DNA of 32,000 nt, taken from assembly GCF_016127575.1 (NCBI RefSeq), contig NZ_CP066018.1:780001-812000 (forward strand). Reading direction: 5' to 3'. This DNA is from Cupriavidus necator (lineage in GTDB: Bacteria; Pseudomonadota; Gammaproteobacteria; Burkholderiales; Burkholderiaceae). How positions within the stretch are numbered: the stretch's first letter is position 1; every line of letters starts with the position of its first letter. A model generated the notes under the pieces. That model was not told where the DNA came from. It was given only the letters and a program-made list of their open reading frames with translations, and did no database searches. A program made the translations under genes and the position numbers. Shown here in pieces: positions 26,857-32,000 of this stretch.

Positions 26857-27396
26857 TCAATCAGGTTTGGAAATTGTGATGGTCTGCTGGTCCAACGAGA
26901 CTTGCAGCTTGACCTTGCGTGCCGGAATTGCCATGCGGTACCACGCAGCGTCCGGCGCCGGTGGCAGTTTGTAGACAGATCTCCAGGTGGCTTTGCCAAG
27001 CTCCCTGTACCCGACCAGAATGCCGATGGCTTGCGTGTCCGGATTGAGCTTGCGCTCGATGTCGCGCGACTCGCCGGGCCGGAGGATGAACTCGTCTCGT
27101 GCCAGCAGATCCTGCGTCAGCAGCGTCTTGTCCGACTTCTCCAGCGAGTAGTAGTCCGCATTCTCAAACGCGCTGTCGGTCTTGAGTTCGTAGACCCGAA
27201 CCAGGACCGGAGAGGGCCTGCCCTTGTCGTCAGGGTTGACGGTATCTTTGGCGGATACAGCCAGATCCAGCTTCATCTGCTCGCGCTGGGCCGGTGCTGT
27301 GGAGCAGGCCGAGCCGAGGACCGATGCTGCGAATAGGCCAAGCAGCGACACGCTTCTCGCCATCCTGTGCCGTATCAAGAGAGCCTTGCGAGTCAT
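26857..27396 (-). CDS. tssJ: T6SS outer-membrane lipoprotein TssJ
   Basis: Start is ATG 27396 (ATGA overlap with the PAAR stop) or ATG 27363. Signal peptide ends ...VLGSAC. VRVYELKTDSAFENADYYSL is the typical TssJ core. Confidence 0.8.
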   Translation of the reverse strand: MTRKALLIRHRMARSVSLLGLFAASVLGSACSTAPAQREQMKLDLAVSAKDTVNPDDKGRPSPVLVRVYELKTDSAFENADYYSLEKSDKTLLTQDLLARDEFILRPGESRDIERKLNPDTQAIGILVGYRELGKATWRSVYKLPPAPDAAWYRMAIPARKVKLQVSLDQQTITISKPD

Positions 27397-27653
27397 GAGC
27401 CCACCCGCGCCGACACCGAGCCAATCAGTACCGCGCCGCAATCCGTCATATCACCGCTGACCGCACCTGGCACGCCATCGACCTTGTACAGGCCTCTTAC
27501 CTGCGAAATGCGGCTTATCCCATGCAAGGGACAACTGACTGCATCCCCCTGACGTGCGATAGGGCGACCGTTGATCTTGCGGTTGGGCGAGCCTGCCAGC
27601 ACGACGCCGCCATGCGTGTGACCATCGCCAACGACAACAATGGAATCTGCCAT
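27393..27653 (-). CDS. PAAR-domain spike-tip protein
   Basis: 86 aa from ATG 27653 (MADSIVVVGDGHTHGG...GDAVSCPLHG...GDMTDCGAVLIG) with GGGAG ~12 nt upstream. An in-frame upstream ATG at 27785 is possible but would start inside the lipoprotein-gene stub. Confidence 0.8.
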   Translation of the reverse strand: MADSIVVVGDGHTHGGVVLAGSPNRKINGRPIARQGDAVSCPLHGISRISQVRGLYKVDGVPGAVSGDMTDCGAVLIGSVSARVGS

Positions 27654-27667
27654 TGATATATCTGCTC

Positions 27668-27798
27668 CCAGGTAAATGGCGTACATACTGCAATGGGCCG
27701 GTGCAACTCTTCCGATGAGCGGGCCAGCAGGAGCGCCCCGACGAAATCCTCGTTGGTGGCAAAGCGTGTTCATCCAATTGACCATTGTTCTCATCCCC
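27668..27798 (-). pseudogene. degenerate 5' stub of a third copy of the tandem lipoprotein gene
   Basis: Minus-strand GGGGATGAGAACAATGGTCAATTGGATGAACACG...GGGCGCTCCTGCTGGCCCGCTCATCGGAAGAG aligns with the RBS, start and lipobox region of copy 1 (GGGGATGAAAGAACCATGGCCACTCGCATGAACAAG...GCGGCGCTCCTGTCGGCCTGTTCATCGGGAAAG). It carries indels, and the lipobox Cys is lost. Confidence 0.45.
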
Positions 27799-29358
27799 TC
27801 AACGCCCATCCGTCTGCTTGCCGAACCACGGGTAGTAGGCAGTTGTCCTGCCCCGAGCCCGCGGCCATTCCTTGGGAGGTTCGCGCTTGGTCCAGCCTGG
27901 CGGTGGCGCCACCAGCACCGTCCACGCATCGTTGGGATCCACCACGCTGGTCACGACTGCGCTATGCCCGGTCTGGTCCGCATACGCGACCGCATAGGCA
28001 ATGTTCAGCCCCGCGCTGGCCGCGCGGGCCGGGCCCACCATATGTTCCGAGACGCTGCGGAAGTCTTTCAACTGGTCCAGGTCCGGCCACTGCTGGTGCA
28101 CCGCCGCACGCAGGGGCGCAAGCACTGTGGTCACATTGGGCGCGCGCCGGTCCATGTCGTGGTAGACGCGGTCGACCGGATGCTCCTGCGGCACTTGCGC
28201 TTGCACGGCTTGCAGCAGGCCCTGCCACGCGCCACCAGGGGTAGCTGCCTTCGCTCCGACGCCGCCCTCGTGCTGTTGCGGGGTGTACAGCGCCGCCAGC
28301 GGCGCATAGCCCCAGTCCGCGCTGGGATGTCCCAGGATCAGCAGCACCGAATTTTCGTTGGTCTGCTCGCCTTTCGGGTAGTTGGGCGCGTCCATGGTGT
28401 ACACCCACACCGTCTTCTTCGGGTTGGCGTTCAGGTAGGCAATCGCCGCCTGCAGGTCATAGAAGCCCACGGCTTCCTCGCCCGCCATCACCGTGACATT
28501 GGCCAGCTTTGGTTCGGGGAAGATCTTCAGGCTCATCGCCTCGGCCGCGCTATAGATTTCCATAAAGAACAGCCGGCGCGCTGCGTTAAGCGTGAAGGTG
28601 GGCAGGCCAATCACCATGTCGCTATCATGGGACAGCCCCCGTACCGGACTGCCCCTGTCGTCGTAAATCTTCACGAAGAGGTCATACATGCGCGCCTCGG
28701 CGTGCTCCTCATTCTCCGCCAGTATTGAGGGGGCCGGCATGCCAAGCCGGATATGTTGAGCGAGTTCGTCTAGGCCGTTCAGATACCGATTCGACTCCTT
28801 GATATAGGTCGGTGTATTGATCCACGCCTGCGACATCCCGGCAAATACTCGGATGTCGGCAAAGTCCGGCCGTCGCGTGCCGTTCCGGATCGAGTAGAAG
28901 TAATTCGCGTTGACCGCCGTGTGGTAGCCCAGTGGATAGAGCGGCTCACGGATCAGGGCATCAAGGGCTTTCCAATAGACCGGATTGGGATTGTCATTCT
29001 TCCAGACCGGGTTGACCCCGCGGACGAGCAATCCCGGCGCGTCACCGAGCTTCAGATGCGGGCTGTCCGTATCAGAGGGGTTGCGGTCCGCCATTCCCTG
29101 CGCCCACAACAGGTTCCAATGGGTCGGGTAGTCCTTCCACATCAGCGGATTCATCCACTGCACCCCAAGTACATACGCTGCCGGCGCGTTGGGGCCGCTC
29201 GCGAGTGTGCGCGCAGCAAGTGGATACGGCGACGGATCTCGGTGATAGTTGGACATGGGCTTTCCCGATGAACAGGCCGACAGGAGCGCCGCGACGGTGG
29301 CGCCCACCATGACAGCAATCGCGCGCCGTACGGCTACCTTGTTCATGCGAGTGGCCAT
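27799..29358 (-). CDS. T6SS-linked lipoprotein, paralogue 1 (candidate periplasmic immunity protein; possibly DUF2875/Tli3-Tla3-like)
   Basis: 519 aa. Signal peptide with lipobox LSAC (Cys29), Ser at +2. RBS GGGGA upstream of ATG 29358. It lies between an effector-like gene and PAAR and is paralogous to the next gene. Confidence 0.6.
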   Translation of the reverse strand: MATRMNKVAVRRAIAVMVGATVAALLSACSSGKPMSNYHRDPSPYPLAARTLASGPNAPAAYVLGVQWMNPLMWKDYPTHWNLLWAQGMADRNPSDTDSPHLKLGDAPGLLVRGVNPVWKNDNPNPVYWKALDALIREPLYPLGYHTAVNANYFYSIRNGTRRPDFADIRVFAGMSQAWINTPTYIKESNRYLNGLDELAQHIRLGMPAPSILAENEEHAEARMYDLFVKIYDDRGSPVRGLSHDSDMVIGLPTFTLNAARRLFFMEIYSAAEAMSLKIFPEPKLANVTVMAGEEAVGFYDLQAAIAYLNANPKKTVWVYTMDAPNYPKGEQTNENSVLLILGHPSADWGYAPLAALYTPQQHEGGVGAKAATPGGAWQGLLQAVQAQVPQEHPVDRVYHDMDRRAPNVTTVLAPLRAAVHQQWPDLDQLKDFRSVSEHMVGPARAASAGLNIAYAVAYADQTGHSAVVTSVVDPNDAWTVLVAPPPGWTKREPPKEWPRARGRTTAYYPWFGKQTDGR

Positions 29359-29373
29359 GGTTCTTTCATCCCC

Positions 29374-30939
29374 TCAACGCCCATCCGTCTGCTTGCCGAA
29401 CCACGGGTAGTAGGCAGTTGTCCTGCCCCGCGCCCGCGGCCATTCCTTGGGAGGTTCGCGCTTGGTCCAGCCTGGCGGTGGCGCCACCAGCACCGTCCAC
29501 GCATCGTTGGGTTCCGCCACGCTGGTCACGACTGCGCTATGCCCGGTCTGGTCCGCATACGCCACCGCATAGGCAATGTTCAGCCCCGCGCTGGCCGCGC
29601 GCGCCGGGCCCACCATATGTTCCGAGACGCTGCGGAAGTCTTTCAACTGGTCCAGGTCCGGCCACTGCTGGTGCACCGCCGCACGCAGGGGCGCAAGCAC
29701 TGTGGTCACATTGGGCGCGCGCCGGTCCATGTCGTGGTAGACGCGGTCGACCGGATGCTCCTGCGGCACTTGCGCTTGCACGGCTTGCAGCAGGCCCTGC
29801 CACGCGCCACCAGGGGTAGCTGACTTCGCTCCGATGCCGCCCTCGTGCTGCTGCGGGGTGTACAGCGCCGCCAGCGGCGCATAGCCCCAATCCGCGCTGG
29901 GATGTCCCAGGATCAGCAGCACCGAATTTTCGTTGGTCTGCTCGCCTTTCGGGTAGTTGGGCGCGTCCATGGTGTACACCCACACCGTCTTCTTCGGGTT
30001 GGCGTTCAGGTAGGCAATCGCCGCCTGCAGGTCATAGAAGCCCACGGCTTCCTCGCCCGCCATCACCGTGACATTGGCCAGCTTTGGTTCGGGGAAGATC
30101 TTCAGGCTCATCGCCTCGGCCGCGCTATAGATTTCCATAAAGAACAGCCGGCGCGCTGCGTTAAGCGTGAAGGTTGGCAGGCCGATTACCATGTCCGAGT
30201 CATAAGGGAGCCCCCTTCTGGGCTGACCGTCATAACCGGCATAGTTCTTCACAAAATAGTCCGCCATACGCTCATCGGCATGCTCTTCGTTCTCTGCCAG
30301 AATCGACGGTGCCGGCATTCCCCAATCGATCTGCTCTGCCAATCGGTCCCGGCCATTCATGTATCGATTGGACTCCTTGATATAGGTGGGTGTATTGATC
30401 CATGTCTGCGGCATGCCGGCGAACACTCGGATGTCGGCAAAATCCGGCCGTCGCGTGCCGTTTCGGATCGAATAGAAGTAGTTCGCGTTGGCCGCGGTGT
30501 GGTAGCCCAGTGGATAGAGCGGCTCACGGATCAAGGCGTTAAGCGCTTTCCAGTAGACCGGGTTGGGATTGTCGTTCTTCCAGACTGGGTTGACGCCGCG
30601 GACAAGCAGCCCCGGCGCATCACCGAGCTTCAGATGCGGGCTGTCCGTATCGGACGGATTGCGGTGCGCCAGTCCCTGCGCCCACAGCAAATTCCAGTGG
30701 GTCGGGTAGTCCTTCCACATCAGGGGATTCATCCATTGCACGCCAAGCACATATGCGACTGGGGCGTCAGGGCCGCTCGCGGGCACGCGCGCAGCAATTG
30801 GATACGGCGACGGATCTCGGTGGTAGGTAGACATGGGTTTTCCCAATGAACAGGCTGACAGCAGCGCCGCAGTGACGGCTCCCGCGATGGCCACGGCTAG
30901 CCGGTTGGTGTGCTGTTTGAATCGGTCAGTGGTGTTCAC
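29374..30939 (-). CDS. T6SS-linked lipoprotein, paralogue 2 (candidate immunity protein)
   Basis: Start is proposed at GTG 30939 (GGGAGGG 5 nt upstream), giving 521 aa with lipobox LSAC, colinear with paralogue 1. The ORF-track start at 31113 would add 58 residues overlapping the effector gene. Confidence 0.6.
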   Translation of the reverse strand: MNTTDRFKQHTNRLAVAIAGAVTAALLSACSLGKPMSTYHRDPSPYPIAARVPASGPDAPVAYVLGVQWMNPLMWKDYPTHWNLLWAQGLAHRNPSDTDSPHLKLGDAPGLLVRGVNPVWKNDNPNPVYWKALNALIREPLYPLGYHTAANANYFYSIRNGTRRPDFADIRVFAGMPQTWINTPTYIKESNRYMNGRDRLAEQIDWGMPAPSILAENEEHADERMADYFVKNYAGYDGQPRRGLPYDSDMVIGLPTFTLNAARRLFFMEIYSAAEAMSLKIFPEPKLANVTVMAGEEAVGFYDLQAAIAYLNANPKKTVWVYTMDAPNYPKGEQTNENSVLLILGHPSADWGYAPLAALYTPQQHEGGIGAKSATPGGAWQGLLQAVQAQVPQEHPVDRVYHDMDRRAPNVTTVLAPLRAAVHQQWPDLDQLKDFRSVSEHMVGPARAASAGLNIAYAVAYADQTGHSAVVTSVAEPNDAWTVLVAPPPGWTKREPPKEWPRARGRTTAYYPWFGKQTDGR

Positions 30940-32000
30940 CGAGCCCTCCCTGCAGAACTTGCCCGCCGAAGGCTGGGTCACGCTCGGTGGGTCGGTGATG
31001 CTTGTTTGCGGAAGGTGTCTGTGAGATGCGGTTGTCCGAGCGCTCATCATCCATACCAAGCGCTCTCGGAACATCAGCTTTGTAATCCTTTTGACTCTCC
31101 AGCCGATCTCCATTTATCCGACCAGAACCGTAGTACCAACTCCATTCCTTCATCTGATCGTCTTCCCGGTCACAGCGCCTCCAGTCCGCCAGTTGCCTCA
31201 GCCACTTCATCTCCGCCTCCGGCATCATGCAGATGCCCACATCAACGTCATAGGCGAGCACCTTCTCGCAGTGCACCGGATTGGTCAGGATGGTCGAGTG
31301 GTTCGTAGCATTCAGATCCACCGCGTATTTCAGGAAATACCCGCGCTTGTCTGCATCGAACTCGCGGAATTCCGCATACTCGTCCCCCGCAAGGTCCCCG
31401 CCATCCTTCATCTGCTCAATGGCCGCCTCATAGGGATCGTCAGCCTTGCGTCGGGCAAGCTGACGCACGCTGGCATTGTGTTCATAGCGCAGCGCCGCTT
31501 CGTCGCTGTAGTCCGCCGCGCCCTGCCCCGCGCTCCGGTACTTGTCGTAGATGTCGTCGCTCCTGCCTGCCGGATTGAGCGCATCCGTGTGCGACTCGGG
31601 TCCCTGGTTGAAGATCCCTTCCACTGTCCCGGCTTTCGCGCTTTGCCCACCATCGTCAGGCGCCCGTTTGTCGGGGTGATACAGGTGGATGGCCCGCGGC
31701 GCGATGGCCTCCTTCACTGCCGGGGCATTGATCGGCACGGTCCAGCCGTCCGGTGGGTCGGCGTTCACGGGCACATAGTTGACATGCCCGAACGTCGTCA
31801 CCCTTAGCAGGGCGAAGGCCATTTCATAGATTCCACCGAGCGCGGTCGCACCAAGCTTTTCTCCGAAGCCGCGCTGGTCGTCCTGCCATACCCGCGTCAG
31901 ATGAAAGCGCAGTGGCAATGGCTTGCGGTACCAGAATGCCTTCCCATCGCCCTGGATCGGATCGACCTTCGACGGGTTACCTTTGTCGTAATAGACGAAG
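30926..32000 (-). CDS. C-terminal ~357 codons of a large T6SS effector-like protein (Tle3/DUF3274-like tail); 5' end beyond window
   Basis: The frame is open from base 32000 (FVYYDKGNPSKVDPIQGDGKAFWYRKPLPLRFHL...) to TGA at 30926. The segment ...LNATNHSTILTNPVHCEKVLAYDVDVGIC... recalls the DUF3274 C-terminal domain of Tle3-type phospholipase effectors. It is followed by exported lipoprotein genes and PAAR. Confidence 0.5.
   Translation of the reverse strand, partial: FVYYDKGNPSKVDPIQGDGKAFWYRKPLPLRFHLTRVWQDDQRGFGEKLGATALGGIYEMAFALLRVTTFGHVNYVPVNADPPDGWTVPINAPAVKEAIAPRAIHLYHPDKRAPDDGGQSAKAGTVEGIFNQGPESHTDALNPAGRSDDIYDKYRSAGQGAADYSDEAALRYEHNASVRQLARRKADDPYEAAIEQMKDGGDLAGDEYAEFREFDADKRGYFLKYAVDLNATNHSTILTNPVHCEKVLAYDVDVGICMMPEAEMKWLRQLADWRRCDREDDQMKEWSWYYGSGRINGDRLESQKDYKADVPRALGMDDERSDNRISQTPSANKHHRPTERDPAFGGQVLQGGLGEHH

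Larger units (their letters stand above)
27791..30939 (-). repeat. tandem direct duplication of the lipoprotein gene (period 1575 bp between the two stop codons)
   Basis: 27791-~28615 and 29366-~30190 differ at only about a dozen positions by eye. The remainder is ~10% diverged, with one short strongly divergent patch. Confidence 0.9.

Noticed and set aside
25509-26999. 5'-extended versions of several ORFs: tssK from 26999, tssJ from 27441, modA from 6309, modC from 7816, dehydrogenase from 4740, deoxyribosyltransferase from 4876, phosphatase from 15727 and DUF3141 from 13121.
   Set aside because: The internal ATGs coincide with canonical family N-termini, signal peptides, SD sequences or ATGA coupling. 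The extensions overlap upstream genes or have non-coding composition.
27791-30939. Whether the 1.6-kb direct repeats or the 9-bp PSA repeat could be a CRISPR array or an IS element.
   Set aside because: The large repeats are two complete paralogous coding genes. The 9-bp repeats have no spacers. No cas, transposase or terminal inverted repeats were seen.
30940-31113. An N-terminal extension of 58 codons on lipoprotein paralogue 2 (ORF-track start at 31113).
   Set aside because: It would overlap the effector gene by 188 nt and put 58 non-hydrophobic residues before the signal peptide. GTG 30939 with a GGGAGGG RBS gives a protein colinear with paralogue 1.

Overview
High-GC, densely coding bacterial chromosome; gene content and codon usage suggest Burkholderiales (Cupriavidus/Ralstonia-like), which is an inference. 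No rRNA, tRNA, CRISPR array, transposase or integrase was recognised.

Bases 1-19.6 kb hold ordinary housekeeping and accessory genes:
- an AI-2E permease fragment
- a pqiA-pqiA-pqiB-pqiC envelope transport operon
- a nucleoside 2-deoxyribosyltransferase, a 2-hydroxyacid dehydrogenase and a DUF1059 protein
- modABC behind a clear ModE operator
- a CYTH/class IV cyclase-like gene, a LysE exporter and modE
- a DUF3141-type hydrolase
- a ~60-codon frameshifted pta remnant followed by ackA
- a Tyr phosphatase and a small RRM-like ORF
- a DASS transporter with an Ldh_2 dehydrogenase
- a stand-alone GT51 transglycosylase

From ~19.3 kb to the window end everything is on the minus strand and visibly less GC-rich. 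This is one end of a type VI secretion (T6SS) cluster, in transcription order: the C-terminal ~357 codons of a large effector-like protein (5' end beyond base 32000), two tandem ~520-aa lipoprotein paralogues, a degenerate stub of a third copy, PAAR, tssJ, tssK, tssL (OmpA-fused), tssM and tagF.

The most interesting material is the effector plus duplicated-lipoprotein module. Its C-terminal halves are near-identical, its N-terminal halves are ~10% diverged, and one short patch is hypervariable. Also notable:
- an in-frame A9 tract in tssM; a slip of one base in either direction gives a truncated TssM
- the tagF reading frame runs 318 nt antisense into the GT51 gene, at what looks like the island junction

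All family names come from motif recognition by eye and need HMM/BLAST confirmation.
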